64,000 nt of DNA from Takakia lepidozioides (lineage: Eukaryota > Plantae > Bryophyta), in NCBI GenBank assembly GCA_030704615.1, contig CM060733.1:73780001-73844000 (forward strand), given 5' to 3'. This document shows positions 34,702-49,282 of the stretch, piece after piece. Under the pieces are notes generated by a model. That model was not told the origin of the DNA. It searched no databases and was given only the letters and a program-made list of their open reading frames with translations. Numbering within the stretch: position 1 is the first letter of the stretch; each line of letters opens with the position of its first letter. Position numbers and translations under genes: made by a program.

Positions 34702-35602
34702 GCTTGGCTTGCGGGGCACAAGACAATGTTACGCCCATCCTTTTCGGAGTTTCAGTTATAGTAGAACTGTACTACTGCAAGTACCTCTAACTTTGGCTAC
34801 AGAAAGGTTTGACTTATGTCTTGTGTACCAGTAACCTATTTTGGTCAAACTAAGATAATACTATGTCATTACCTTCTGTTTTCCACGTGCCTGGATTTTT
34901 GTTTTTTTTGGGGGTTCTTGTTTTTCTGCTCTCCCAAACTTTGCTTATCTCATTCGACCCCTGGCAAGAAAATGCGGCGCCGCAGTTCCAAGTAACGTAG
35001 TAGGTACTGGTAGTTGCAGCCTTGGTCATAGTAAGATAATCGCACCGAGTTTTCAGGGCGCCGACCGTCGAGAACACTGAACCCCTCAGAATTCTCGCAC
35101 GTGCGAATCGTAATGCGGCACCGCATTTCCTAGTGGAGTGGCAAACCTTTCCCGCAGAATGCAGGAAGAAGCAAGAATTTTCAAGCACTGCAGACTGTGT
35201 TGTTGCATGGGGATCATACAATCGTGACAGAAGGGTCAGCTTCATTCCAATGTTAGGGCATATAAAACCGCGGAATACTCTGTACACGCCAGTATGCAGC
35301 GTCCTTTTGCTGTGGTATACTGGATTTCTCATTGCACGGTCAGTTTTTTCCATGAGCAGATTTACAAAACCATGAGCGGAATTGTTACTCACGACATATC
35401 TTTGCCGCATTATAGGATCTGGAACTTCCAAAAACAGCAATGTCAAATTAAAAACTAGTATTTTAATACTTTTTTAATCTGCCGCATTTCCAAATTTGGA
35501 GAAGTCCGCTCATGAAAACCGCGTATCTTAGACTTCGGCTCACCGCTCATGCGGCTCATGGCTCATGGCTCATGGTTTCTGCTCATGAAATAGTAAACCT
35601 CC

Positions 35603-37317
35603 GTCTCAAGTACAAGAATGCCACCTCAATGGGAGAAGCTGAGAGCACTTACCAGGCAATCCGGGCTTGGTGGTTCTCCTCTGGTGCTGCAACAGGTACC
35701 CACGTAAAGGAGTTGGAGGACTGGTTGGTTTTCTGGCACTTCAGGTACAGACAGTGGGGAGCTTTCATGACGACGGTAAGCCTCTTCAATCCCAAAACCA
35801 GAAATTTTGCATCGTGCCTGTTCATTTGGGGTTCTTCGATTGTCACTTGAAGAACCTCTACCATTTATTTTCGTTCCTGACATATCCATGCAATGCCTCC
35901 TGTAGGACATGTCCTTGGAGGACTTGGCCATCATGCCATCCTGTAATTTGGCGGAGACTGTTCACAACGCCTGGATGCAACAGTCTACCAAAGCAGGTCG
36001 TGACTTGTATGTGGCCACTGCTGATGACATGGTGCGTGCACTTACACAACAAACCAGGTACCGCAATTTTCTGATGGGACGGGGTGGAGGCAAGGGCCCT
36101 GATACGACTTTGTTGATGCTAAGGGCTGCGAGTAGGTCCGGAGTCCCGTCAAAGATGGCCAGAGCTCTAAATAGATGCACTGAAGGGTCCGCTCTACAAT
36201 CCAGGATCCCCCATTTGGAAGGCGAGGAAAGATTTGGATCATGCAAAAGGAAATTGAACACTCTTCCAGGGTCAGATGGAGATTCCCATCGGCCAGACAG
36301 GGTCAATTTCTCTGTGCCAAAGGTGTCTCCACTGCAGACTGAGTCGTGTGCCCGCCCCTTCCCAGGTGGGTCCTCCTCCAGTGGAGCACGTGCAGAACAT
36401 ACAAGCACAGCAGCGGGAATCCCATTGGAGGAGGCGGTGGCCATGGTGCAGGAATCTGATTGCATTGATAGTGAGTGGCATATAGAACGCACCCCACCAG
36501 GATCTAGAGTGGCTTGCATGGCAATTCGGACCCCCTCATTCAAGAAATGCAAATCAAAGATATGCAAAGGCTCCAGGGGGACTCCAGCTCCAACATTCAC
36601 AGGGTTGTTCCGACCTTATCATAGTGGGGAGTCAAAGGACCACAAATTTTGGTTCTGCCCAGACGATATGGCACGATGCGTGAAGGGAACAGTTTGTCCT
36701 TCGGTGATAATGAAACCCCCTCCCCCCGCAATTTGGCCTGTGCAAATTGGGACGTCGCTGTCATCAACCGAGATAAGCATGCTGGAGGAGGGAGGGTTCT
36801 GTCTTGCACGGTCCCGGGTGGTGCCCTCATGCACTGTCGGCACAGATGTGCCACATGCTCCGGCAATGCCGCCACCCTGTGCCGACTCCCACCCAACAAA
36901 AAGAGATGGAAAAACAGTGCGTCGTTTCGCTTCGGGTGCAGATCACGAATGCAAGATGGAATCTGCTAGAATTTTGCAGGCTCGGGTGTCTCGTTTCACC
37001 GAAGTCCCTTCTCCGGGGTATGGACGGATTTACACAGTGCTGTCAATTGGGTCAGTTCTTCATGGCAAAGAATATCAGGTTACCGTCGGGAATTTCCCTT
37101 CGTGCACTTGTCCGGACTTTGTAACGATGCGTGAGGGCGCTCTCGGCATGAGGGGAAGTGGGTCCCCTGCAAGCATCAATATTACATATACCTTGTGATT
37201 ATGTGTTGCGACGGTAAGAGAGACCAATTCATCCACCAAGCCACACTAGGCTATGGAGAAGTGAACACCCTTCTACAGCGGGACACCTCGCGTGGAGCTC
37301 CGCCAACTTCTCTTTGA
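35603..37317 (+). pseudogene. 3' part of family-B MULE transposase (intron 35776-35905; SWIM finger)
   Basis: AWWFSSGA..WLVFWHFRYRQWGAFM|intron|..MPSCNLAETVHNAW..PAPTFTG..FWFC..YQVTVGNFPSCTCPDF..PCKH; frameshift near 37160. Confidence 0.83.
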
Positions 37318-37629
37318 ACACATACGAGCCATGCCCGCTGCCCATGCTGGTTTGCAGGTTGCCGTGTGAAGACTTTGCATTTCTGACAAACATATGGATT
37401 TCGTTTACGGAACCAAGGCAAATGCACATGCAATTCATTATAAGCGTCTATCTGTGAATTGAAATAAACTGTGACAATCATTCTGAGCTCAAATCTGCCA
37501 TGTTTTCATATTTCTGTTTTTGAGCGGGCATTGCACACATGATGTGTGTTGGCCCCCTTTGTTTTGTCCACGGTAATAGGCCCTCTTCCTGCAATCCTCG
37601 CCTATAGGACCTTCTTCTCCAGCAGATTC

Positions 37630-37737
37630 GTGCCGCTCACGCTTCCCTGAAGCGTGAGCTCAGCTCACGCTTTGTAGCTTGAACGTGAGCTCAGCTCCCA
37701 GGCTCACGGGGCTGGGCTCACGCCGTAGCTACACTCC
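37630..37737 (-). repeat. Probable terminus of family-B element with GTGAGC/GCTCAC subterminal repeats
   Basis: The reverse complement reads GGAGTGTAGCTACGGCGTGAGC, comparable to the family-A end GGAGGTTTACTATTTCATGAGC; family-A array sequence starts abruptly at 37738. Confidence 0.65.
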
Positions 37738-39002
37738 ATGGAGCCGGGTGACGCAAATGCTACAGCGCATTTCCGACCGGTTAAGACCTTCATACTCTCC
37801 AGAACGGAAATGCGGTACCGCATTTCCGTTCTGATTGAGAATTATGAACAACGGGAACTGAAATGCGGCACCGCATTTCCGTCCGAGTCGCACCTTCCGA
37901 CATACCAGAACGGAAATGCGGCGCCGCATTTCCGTTTTCTATCTCAGGCTTGGAGCGGAGGGACAAAAACTTTGCACCGCATTTCCGTTCGTTTGAGACC
38001 TTCATACTCTCCAGAACGGATATGCGGTACCGCATTTCCGTTCTGACTGAAAATCGTGAACCATCGGAACCATCGTGAACAACGGGAACTGAAATGCGGC
38101 ACCGCATTTCCGTCCGAGTCGCACCTTCCGACATTCCAAAACAGAAATGCGGCGCCGCATTTCCGTTTTGTATATGAGGCATGGAGCTGTGGGACGGAAA
38201 TGCGGTGCCGCATTTCCATCCATGTGAAACCTTCATACTCTCCTGACCGGAAATGCGGCACTGCATTTCCATTCAGGTGAGACCTTTATACTTTCCTGAA
38301 CGGAAATGTGGCACGGCATTTCCGTTCATCAACTAAGGTTTGTGAAGGTGGAACGGAAATGCGGTACTGCATTTCCGTTCAGATTGAAAATCATGAACCA
38401 CGAGAACTGAAATGTTGTGCCGCATTTCCGTCCGAATCGCACCTTCCGACATTCCAGAATGGAAATGCGGCGCCGCATTTCCCTTTTGTATCTCAGGCAT
38501 GGAGCTGTGGGATGGAAATGCGGCACCGCATTTCCGTTCAAAAACTAAGGTTTGTGAAGGTGGAACGGAAATGCGGTGCCGCATTTTCTTCCAACAAGTA
38601 CGGTATGTGTAGCGTCGTGATGGTACTTAACGGATATGCGGCACTGCATTTGCATTTTCACTCCAACTCATTAGACGCTGGGACGGAAATGCCATGATAT
38701 GTGAACACGTGGAGCAACGGAATTGCGGCACATGTCTGCACTCTATTTGACTGAAGTGGCATGAGGCGACGCGGCCTGACCGTTGGATAATGATGTTTGT
38801 TTTTCGGACGGCAGGCGTACCCTGAACGATTCAAATTTTGTTATGACGCAAAGTCCACGAGGAGACACTTTTGTCCAACCCTTTCGAACCCAAGTGGTGC
38901 ATCACCGCCGTTTCATCTTCTTTTGTCGTGTCTACTCTGTCACCCCTCTCGCGCCCTTTCCATCTGCACTCTTCGCCCCTTTTCCCTGTCTCTGTTCTTC
39001 TT

Positions 39003-42000
39003 ATGCTCGAACCTGAGAGGGAGGGAGTGCATGCACCAAAGAAGAGACATCGTCGCAAGCTCCGAAAATTGTACTTCGGACGTAGGCCAATGCCGAAGGG
39101 GAGGAAGCAGATGCGTCTACAGGAGGAGATTGCCATCTCGCAACATCAGGGCACGCAGGCAACCCAGCCACCAGTGAGAGCTCCGTGCTATCGGGATTCG
39201 CCAGCTGATCGAGCACCGAAACCCCCCTCATTTTTCTTCTGCAATTCTTAGACTGTATGCTAGGAGACTTGAATGCAGAAGATGTTTGCATGCCTAACCG
39301 GAAAGGTGGACGTGCTGGAGGGATCGAAGGAATCCGAAGAGCCGTAGGCAGAGTCCGTGGAGGTAGCTGCAGCATGCACACCCAGCCGATCCACGAGCAC
39401 GGGTCTTCCTACCGGGCCTAGCCCTATGCGTTTCAAGGATGCGGCTTCGAAGGGAAAGTCTTTGCAGTTCAAAGCCCCAAAGAGCGACTCGCTCAACTTG
39501 TTTATGAACCGGACCAGGCCGCTTCCCCCCCACCCAGGCGAATGAAGCAGATTCAATTGCAGCAGACACCTTCACTTGCAAGAATGAGGAAGCAGAAGGC
39601 GATCAGGGGGAGGGCGGAGCAGTCTCCCGCAAAACTGATTCCACGAGCTGAAGCCCAGTTCCTGCTTGATTTCCAGCCTGGAGATGTTGGGGGCGTCTCT
39701 GCTACAGCGAAGGCAATGGGATCGACTGATTTCGTCGATCTGGTACCGGAGGAGGGTGCTGCTGCTCAATGTTTGCAGCAAGACCTGACCACCGTTGAGG
39801 AAGATCTTCAGAATACTGCAGGCCCGGAGGGGGCCTCTGCAATTGCAAAATTGCCCGCAAAGATTCCCCAGAGTGCAGCTCCAATTGGGGTTGCTCTAGC
39901 TGCTCAGCCCCTACCGCCACCAGCAGAAATGTCTCCGGAGGAATTCCAAAGTGCAGCGGATACAATGTTGGAGGAGACACACAGTAGCATTGGCAGAGTT
40001 CTGGGCAGCAGGGTATTCCAGCGGACTCTTCGAATCCCACTCTGTCGCATGGTCTCCCTTCCCATCGTCAGGCAGGCACTTCCCGGAGATGTGGATAAGC
40101 TCAAGTTCGCATTTCGAGAAGGGTACCGTCTAGGTTCGCCAGCCTTTTACGTTTCCCTTGAGAATGAGGACGACAAATCTTGTGGACCCACTACGGATGA
40201 ATTGTCAACCTGGGATACCCACTGGCACACTCGCAATGACGAATTCGAGGCAACGCTGAAGGGTGATCCAGACTTCGGCCATATGTCGGGTAAAATGTTC
40301 TTTGTGTGGGACGGGAATCACCGACTTCTTGCCTGGTGGGAGTACATCAAGCAGAACCATGCCAAGCACATTGGTTGGCATTACATGGTGGAATGTGTCA
40401 TCCTCAAGGTGAAGGCGGAAGACTCCTCCCTGCTCAAGAATGCCATGGCGGACCTCAACTCGTAAGATACTCATACCCTCCCAAGCACGTTCAAAATGCG
40501 GTGCCGCATTTTGGTTTCCAATCTGTTTTGTTTCCGTGCTTTCGTGGACTGAACTAGAGAGTGTGCCTTGCAGGGTCACTGAAAATGCGTACGTGCATAC
40601 CCACATGGCACATATGTTGTATAGGGTGAGGAAAATTGGTCTCACTGATCCGCACATGTTTGCGGAAATGCTGGAGCCCGAGCTCATTCAGAAAGCCGTG
40701 GCAAAAACTGACCGGACATGGTATCGTCTCACTATGGATGGAATGGTGGAGGTGATATACGAAGTAAGTCGTCCTCCCATTTCCCTCTGCTCATCCTTCC
40801 CCAATTTTCAGTAATCTTTCCACATGAATCGAATGTAACGCTTCTGCATGTTTTTGTTGGCAGTCAAACATCGGCTTGTACGTCAAATGGGATGGAACAC
40901 AGACATTGGAAGACTACGTGACACGTTTCAGATGTGCGTACAAGGACAACCTCTTCGTCAGGGAGCTGCAGACAGCAAGAAGGAGCGTGGAGTTTACACA
41001 TCAGGAGGGAGCGGGAAAAGCTGCAATGCGAATTGTTTACAGGTGAAGCCCAACTGTCCTTGTATGCAAAGCCTGGTTATGAGGTTTGTCTGGGAAATGC
41101 GGCACTGCATTCGCATTTTAAGTTTTCGGTTGCACTCTGCGAGTACGTTGGTCTCAACTTTTGCTCACGCATGCTGACTGCCTTGCAGGTATATGAAATA
41201 CGTGCTTCTTCAGACAGGGGCCCTGGCTCAAGAGCCCCCGTTCTTCATGGCTTGGACCGTGGCGGGCCCAAGCTGTGTCTACACACCCGAGATGCAGAAA
41301 CAATGGCATGCCGCGCATCTCGTTGGATGCCCGTGGTACCTGGACATGTCTAGCGGAATTGTTGACGAGTCTGAGAAAGATCTGCACGCGAAAGCAGAAG
41401 AGAAGAGAAAGGAAAGACGTGTCCCTGCTCGGCCAGAGTCGGCAAATGAAGCTGCTGCTCTGGAACAATCCAGAAAGGCAGCTGAGATGGCACAGAAGAT
41501 GGTGGACGAGCTGTGCAGGCTCAACAGAAGGGGTCCAAGAAGCGGACTCGCCAGCAAGGAGCAGCAGTTGTGACACCCAAGAAAACGAAGAAGCAGAAAC
41601 AGATAGTGCAAGTAGAGGGTGAGGAAGAGGACTCCGATGGAGACTTTGCAACAAGCCCACCCCCCGAAACGCAGCCAAAATCCCCTGTGCCCACCGTTGT
41701 CACGAGAGGGACGAGAACTGGCTTGGCAAAGAAGGCACTCTTCAACCCCCCGGCGGGGCACCCTTTCGAGCCGGTGGAAATGAAGAGGCCGAAAGTGGAT
41801 CCCGATACAGTAGTCCAGTGTGTGAATGAGAGTTTCTTGGCAGCTTTGGATGGACGGGCAGCCAAGTTGGCATACATGAAGACCATGGAGGGTCTGAAGG
41901 GCAGAGCACTGAAGAAGGCGGCTGCTGAAGAGCCATCCGACACCCTTGGGTTTCTGAAGATGGTCTCGTTCTTTGAGAGGGTGTGTGCAGACAAGGATTG

Positions 42001-43488
42001 CAAGAGGGGCGGAAATGCCACCGAGTGGTCTTGCGATATGATCATCTTGGATATTCCGGACGGAGAGCCTGTGGAAGGACTGCAAGCTTTGCCATCATGG
42101 TGTTGGACGACAGAGGCTGTGTGGTTGTCCTGGCGAGCAGAGGCAAAAACACGCAGACAGGAATTGCGAAGTGGACCCGCAAGAGCGCCGTCCCAATTCT
42201 GAAGAAGAAGTGGATATGCATCAACACATTGGGCCTTCGGTCGGAAGGGAAGAAGGTAATTACGACATTGGCACTCGTCCTTTCATTTTCTTAGGAGTTT
42301 TGAAATGCGGTGCCGCATTCGATTTCTAATTGTTCCCCACTGTGTATGCAGATGGAGCAGTTCGATGCATACTGCTTTGTGAAGGAGAACTCCACCTTTG
42401 CTTTCCGGAAGGAGGGATTGTTGGTTGACCCGAACTGCGACCCCATCGATTATGACGTCCTGTTCAACAACGTTCCCACGGAACTTCTCCCTCATAGCCT
42501 CACTTCAATTGAACCCCTGCGGTATTCACGGACTCGGAGCCTTGCCTTCATTCAGACAATTATGGAGACATGCACTGACGTGGAGGGCACAGTGCTCGAC
42601 CTCATCTATGGGATTGGTATGCAGAATCTTGTTGTATGCTGTTCTGCAAATTCTCGTTATGCTTTAATTCGCAACATCTGAAGGGCCATGTCATAATGTG
42701 TGGATGGCATTGTAACAGGTGCCTCAATGTGGGCTGGGCGGTTTTCGGACCGGCACCTCTTTGCCTACGAGGAGGACACATCCGTCTGGGGATCCCATCT
42801 GGAAGGGCTGCAACGGAATGTGAAGGCTCCCATCGAAGCCAAAAACTCCTCGGATTTGTCGGAGTCGGAGGAAGAGACAGTGGACATTGATGCCAAGGAG
42901 AACCCGGAATACAAGTGAGTGCAAACATTGTAAGTTTGCAAAGCCTTCTGGGTGATTTTTTGTCAAACGCATTTCCGGACTGTGGTTCTCATTGGTCTCG
43001 TTGGTGATTGTTATGTGCAGGATTCCAGGATCCGGGTCGAAACATGTAGGGCCTACACTTCCTGCCAGGAAGAATGTCCCGTTCTTTGCGAGGGCCGACT
43101 TCATGACGAGCCGGTGAAGGACTACTCCCTTCCTAGTTATGCAGCTAAACTCGCAAATACAGCGATTAGACGATGTGAGAATCCCAGTAAAGTAGAGCAG
43201 ATTTTGGAGAGGGCTAGGGAGGGCAGAAGGATAAGGAAAGAGTTGGCAACAGCTGAGAAAGGTAGACGGGTGCGAAAGTTCATATGTGATTCAGCGGATG
43301 AGAGCGATGTAGACAGGGAGGACGACGAGCCAACGGAGGTGAGATGGTCGGTTCCGCAAGGTGAAGATGGGATTTTCGAAAGCCTGGCCAACGAGCAGTC
43401 CGCTGGAGATGAGAAAGGCAATGACGGGGTGGAGGCGGAGCAGGACAGTCAAGGACAGGACGACGATAGTGATGATTTTCAAGATTAA
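39003..43488 (+). pseudogene. ParB-like/MTase-like gene, degenerate copy
   Basis: DGNHR exon intact (39542-40465); DMIILDIPDG and VLDLIYGIG retained; ~600-bp deletion near 40871, ~50-bp deletion near 42097, frameshifts. Confidence 0.82.
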
Positions 43489-44862
43489 TAGAATTTTAAT
43501 GAACTCTCTGTACATTTAAATTCTATTCCAGAGTATATAAAGGAAATTCTCCCCGTCCTTCATGTCCCCTCTCCCATGTGCTTCACAACGACAACATCGT
43601 CCAAACCTGGTCCCTCCCAAAATCGGAAATGCGGCACCGCATTTCCAAAACCGGGGCAAGAACAATTTTCCGTTTCATGGTTTGGACATCAGAAATTGTT
43701 CGGCCGAACGGAAATGCGGTGCCGCATGTTTCCGACTCGGCAGTTTTGCCGATTGCCAGCTCCTTCCATGGAGGTAAATGGAAATGCGGAGGTCGAACAT
43801 GGAAATGCGGTGCCGCATTTACATTTTGGAGATGGACATTTTTCCAACTGCAGACCCATCCACGAAAATGCGGCTCCCCATTCCATGATGCTAGACGGGA
43901 ATGCGGCACCGAATTCCATTGTCCAATAAGAAATTTTGATGACGTACATGGAATTACGGTGCCGCATTTCCAAAACGGACATCGTTGATTGTCCAATTCC
44001 AGACCCTTTGACGGAAATGTGACACCGCATTCCATCGTCCTATAAAAACTTTCGATTGCCCAACATGGGAAATGCGGCGACGCATTTCCAAAACAGACAT
44101 CGTTGTTTGTCCAATTCCAGACCTGTGTGGGCATTCCGTCTTGTTGGACGGAAATGCGGCACCGCATTCCATTGTCCAATACGAAATTTTGATGACGGAC
44201 ATGGAAATGCGGTGCCGCATTTCCAGAACGGACATCGTTGTTTGTCCAATTCCAGACCCTTCGACGGAAATGCGGCACCGCATTCCATTCTACTCTCCGG
44301 AAATGCGGTGCCGCATTTCATTGTCCGGTACGAAATTTCGATGACGGACATGGAAATGCGGTGCCGCATTTCAAGTATGGACATGGACAAGCATTAGCGA
44401 CTGGACATGCTCAGACAATTCAAGGTCCAATATGGAAATGCGGCGCCGCAGTTCCAATTCGAAGTATGGTAATGCCATGTCAGGAAATGAAATGTTGTAC
44501 AGCATTTCCGTTACGACAACAACGGAGGAAAGGGAGCTGCCAGAAATCGCTGCATGGAGAAAAATGAAATGTGGTGCCGAATTTCCGAGCTTCGGCGTGT
44601 ACATGTTTCATTTAACTCATACATGGATTTCCTTCACCTCAGGACTCCGATATCGCTGACTCTGGTATATTCATATGGACAGACACATTGTAGAAATGAG
44701 ATCTCAAATTGTAAACAGTGGGCCAATTACGGCTGTTCTTGAACACGATCAAACACAAGCACACAGAAGTGAGGTACGATGGGTTGTTTTATTGATCGAA
44801 CACGGTGTCTCACATTTAGCAACTCCAGACAAATCTAAGCCCTTCCTCCTTCTACATGGGCG

Positions 44863-45416
44863 TCACCAAGTCGACGGAACTTCGATAGCCCTCAAAACAA
44901 GCTCATTACTGATGCGGCACCTCGAGGTAAGCTGCAATGCGGTCGATCTGGTGCCCTTGGTGGAGCTGACGACAATGTCATGCCCATCAATCATACCACC
45001 ATCATACATTGACAAGGTCACTGTGGGCCTCAACTCAGCCGAATGTCTCCATACATTGGAAGAGCACAGTGAACTCCACGAATATAGTTTTCCCCGGTGC
45101 CGTCCTCCCTGGTCCACTGGCAGCAGTTCCAGCGCCAAAGTGAGGCCGTGCGTGATCTGTCCGCCATCCCATTCCAGCTTGGTATATCGAGGTCAACAAT
45201 TTTTAGGACCCACAGACCGCATTGACCCTCGCCCTCACCTCGCTCAAAGCGGTAATAGCCCTCCAAATACTCCATTGCGCGCAAAGACTCCCGCTTGATT
45301 CCAGAAGCGTCTGTGAAAACAGAGAGCCAGACAATGATGTCTCCTGATTCTGGTTTGAACATAGCATAATCGTGGCCATGATAAGGGCAGTCAGCAGGAT
45401 TTCGACGGCACGACAT
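44863..45416 (-). pseudogene. Cargo paralog L, frameshifted copy
   Basis: MSCRRNPADCPYHGHDYAM... (45030-45494 frame) and ...ELVLRAIEVPSTW (44863-45138 frame); deletion near 45035. Confidence 0.75.
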
Positions 45417-45926
45417 CCTTGAAAAAGAGCAGCGCCGTGGCTGGAAGAAGTTCAAGCAAACGCTGCAATTCCTCATAAACACTCCAGGGCACATTTAAAT
45501 TCCCCCCCTACAGGAGCCTGCACGGATGAAGATTGGCTGATCCATGAATGTAGCCGTTTCAGTTTCCTTCCCTGCCATGCAAACTATGGGCACTAAGTGC
45601 CACGTGGGCCTATAGCCACTCGAGACGACGAAGTCCATCCCCCCTTCAATGTAAATGCGGCGCCAAATTTCCTTCCGGGGGATGGACTTCGGTGGCAGAT
45701 TTCAAACTATACCCCGTGGATGATAAAGAGGTATCGGTTCATCCACCGCTGGCGTGATGAACACATTACACGATGATTGGTGGGTACGTGTGACCCAGAT
45801 GCTCCATTATTGGAGCCCGCACTGCTCTTCCACTTCTCATCATTTCTAAAATCTAAGGGCTTCGTTGTTGTCCGCAAGGTCATTGTCATCGGCATCAAAG
45901 ACGTCCTCAGGTCCTCCTTTGCAAGG

Positions 45927-46490
45927 ATGCCGTGCTTCCGGAACTGGGACGATTGCCCTTATGGAGGCTTCAATTATGCAATGTATTCGACCACATCGGG
46001 AGACATCGTTATCTGGTACACAAATTACACAGAAGATACTGGTTCGAATGTGGAAACATTGTCCGCTTTTGAGTATATCCCAGGCCACTACGCCTTCGAG
46101 CGGGGTGACGATCTTGGTCTGAGGAGTCCGTGGCTCCTGCGCATCCTTGATTCCGATTTTCCCAGCTACGACGGGCACCCATGCAGAAGAATGCGCACTG
46201 CTATGCTGTTGCGGTGGAACTGCTGCCAGTGGACGTGGGTGGACTCCATCGGAGAGACTTATACTCCTGAAGGAGTGCGCTCCTCTTCTCCATTGTATGG
46301 GGACATTCGCATTGGTGTGGACGACGAAAACGTGAAGCTTTCCATATTCGATGGTGGTATGATTGAAGGGCACGACATTGTGGTGAACATCAACAGGGGC
46401 GGTACAACGGCTGCAATCCAGTTTACCTGGAGGAGCCCAATGACTCATGAGCTAGTTCTCAGAGCAGTCGAAGTCCCATTGACAACGTGA
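45927..46490 (+). CDS. Cargo paralog R, intact copy
   Basis: MPCFRNWDDCPYGGFNYAM...ELVLRAVEVPLTT; same length as in copy A. Confidence 0.72.
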   Translation: MPCFRNWDDCPYGGFNYAMYSTTSGDIVIWYTNYTEDTGSNVETLSAFEYIPGHYAFERGDDLGLRSPWLLRILDSDFPSYDGHPCRRMRTAMLLRWNCCQWTWVDSIGETYTPEGVRSSSPLYGDIRIGVDDENVKLSIFDGGMIEGHDIVVNINRGGTTAAIQFTWRSPMTHELVLRAVEVPLTT

Positions 46491-49282
46491 CTTGTATTCC
46501 GAAGGCACTGGGCTAAAGATTTGTTTGCACAATCAGCACAGTAGACGTGCTTCAAATGCAATTCCCACGGACACTCATTTCCGGAAAATAGTCCTGCTCA
46601 TGTTTTTTTCGACACTCACGACTCTGCTCATGGCTCATGCCGCTCATGGCTCATGTCATGCCGCTCATGGCTCATGGCTCATGAAATAGCAGCCCCCTTT
46701 ATCATGGCTGGATTTTGTTGACTCTGTTCCAGCACTTACTGTCTTGGATTCTATTCTGTTTTTTGAATGGTGAATCTTCAAGAGTATTTGGATTTGCACA
46801 TTCACTTCGAATGTATGGCAATTGTAGGAGAATTGTATGGGAATGTATGAATCACTTACACCACTCTGTTAGTGGTATATGTAAGACTGTGACAGTATGC
46901 AAGAGTGGTTGTACTCCTCCAGATGTAGCCCCAATCACTTACATATTACTCTGGTAGTAATAATTCAAATACATGGTTCCTACTTGGTGGGACACACTGG
47001 ATGACTTAGTCAGTGGTTTTAGCACACAACCTAAACACTACATCAATACTGGTAGAACCACTGCGTCAGTGGTTTTAGCACACAACCAAACCACTATATC
47101 AATACTATTAGAACCACACAGTCAGTGATAATATACATTGTTTATTCTTGTTTCATTACTATGAGAGTCATTTAATTCTCACTCACAGAGTTGTTTGTGA
47201 AGTCATTGCATTTTTTAGCACATCCCTAAAATAGGGCACGTACATTTGTAATATGCCCACGTGTCCAGATAATGGAGCCCATAATGAGTGGTTACCAGAG
47301 TGGTTATTCCGCGTTTTCCTTCTAGTGTGAGCAGCCACCTCTACCAAACGGGTTACTGCGCTCCAACACCCCGATATCTCCACCATCGCACAAGTACCCA
47401 CCCCCTCCCCCTCCCTATACTCTCCTTCCTGCCCATCACATCACCCAGTCACCTATTTGTGCTTTCCACGTGGCAGATACTAAGGCACGCCACATACATC
47501 TCTCACCAAAAATCAAATCTTCCCGCCCCCACACACATGTTAGCTGTAACTGTCACCCTGCTTCCCCATGAACACTCTCATCTATGCCCATCCATGATCA
47601 CCCAACTGCCACATTCATCCCTGTTTGCTTCCATACTAACATCCCCTGGGTGTTCTCATCCGCCCCCGCCCCATCCCCATTCTGGCCGTCAAGTACCAAT
47701 TAGGATACGTTCATCCTTGACCATGCCTGCTAGTGGACATCCATCCACACCCCACCCCCTCACTCTGCCACCACCCCAAAGCGCATAGCCCCCGGCCCCA
47801 GCCTCTCTTAGCCCTGTCCCCCACACCACCAAGTCACCCTCCCAACCCTCACCACGAGGCCGTTGTTCCTAAGCGGCACCCCCCCTCTATCCCGCCCATC
47901 CCCCTTGGCCACCACCATAAAATCTCCCGGAAACTCTCATCTTTGCCTACCCCTCCCAACTTACATCCGCCTACCCTAAATATCTTCCCTACCCACCACC
48001 TAGACCCCTCACGGATACCTCCACTCGCGCCCATTCACACCCGGCCATCCCTCCCGCCCACCTCCGAGTTTCAGCTCCCAACCCCCTGGCCCATTCCATG
48101 CCCTCTCCCGACCCGAGCATTCGCCCCCCCCACTCCCGACCCTGGACCCCACACCATGCCCTCTCCACATATCCAACCCACTCAAACCCCCTATCCCCTT
48201 CCCAGTCCACCTCAACAAACCTCCCAGCAACCTCTCACAGCCCCCCTAGTCGGTACAAACGGCTATCACATTTTCAATACCCACCCCCTCCTTTATAGCC
48301 CCCACAGCCGATATCCACTATACTCAGGCAGGTCTAAACAATTTTACCACCACCCTCCCCACTCAGACAACTTATACGTGGACTCCTACTTGATTGATGT
48401 GGTGACATACACCCTAACCCGGGTCCACCATGCATCAGCGCTATTATCAAAGAGCTTCCCACAGATGCACAAGCTAGATATACATTATACTTTCAGCCAA
48501 ATACTATGTCGCTCATGAACAACTACCGGCATATCCTCGACCACTTCGAACCATTCTTCCCACAACCCCCACCTGCTACACCCACAAACCATATCACCAC
48601 ATTTGGCTTACCCCCTAACCCTTACCCCGCACTTTCTAAAGCCTTGCAAAAACTCCAAGCCTTCCCGAAGACTCACCTTCTTTTAGCCTCTTATAAACCT
48701 TATCTCTCCCCTCCCTGACACTTGTAACGGATTTCTTCACTCCCACTCTCTTTCCCTTTTGTGCCCCTTTCTCCTACACCTATAATGACTACCACCACTC
48801 CCCCACAACTACCTGGCCCGGGGGCTGCTATTTCATGAGCCATGAGCCATGAGCGGCATGAGCCATGAGCAGAGTCGTAAGTGTGGAAAAAAACATGAGC
48901 AGCACTATTTTCCGGAAATGAGTGTCCGCGGGAATAGGGTTTAGGGTGCCACGGTCATAGGGGGAGAAAGACCTCCCGATGAAGGAGGTTCGGCAATGTT
49001 ATTTAGAATTATATATTGAAAGGCAATGTTTCGCGAATGGTAGGGTGGTACTGCTCTGTACAATGGGGGCCCATTTCAGCTTACCAGCCATTTGCAAAAT
49101 CCACCCACACTCCCAATCCCAAACGAAATGAGCAATGACGCATTCGCGGAACGATGGACACAGAATATAATAAAAAGAGGGCACAATGAGGTTTTTATTG
49201 ATCCACATGAATTGCATTTGAAGCACGTCTACTGTGCTGATTGTGCCATCAAATCTTGAGCCCTGTGCCTACTGAATACAAG

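Larger units (their letters stand above)
26026..35602 (-). mobile_element. Rearranged, internally deleted family-A derivative (A') sitting inside the family-B transposase
   Basis: Left-type TIR in reverse orientation ends at 35602 (aaatagtaaacctcc). It also contains the transposase 3' fragment, palindrome arrays and a ParB-like gene 5' fragment. No second TIR is visible. Confidence 0.8.
37738..46697 (+). mobile_element. Right two-thirds of an older family-A copy (C): array, ParB-like/MTase gene, array, paralog pair, right TIR
   Basis: Collinear with the right part of copy A from its first array onward; ends gctcatgaaatagcagccccc at 46697; arrays at ~37755-38700 and ~43620-44590. Confidence 0.9.

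Noticed and set aside
47288-48718. Pro-rich ORFs in a C-rich tract
   Set aside because: Low-complexity composition explains the open frames; no recognisable domain. Possibly a decayed retroelement, but unsupported.
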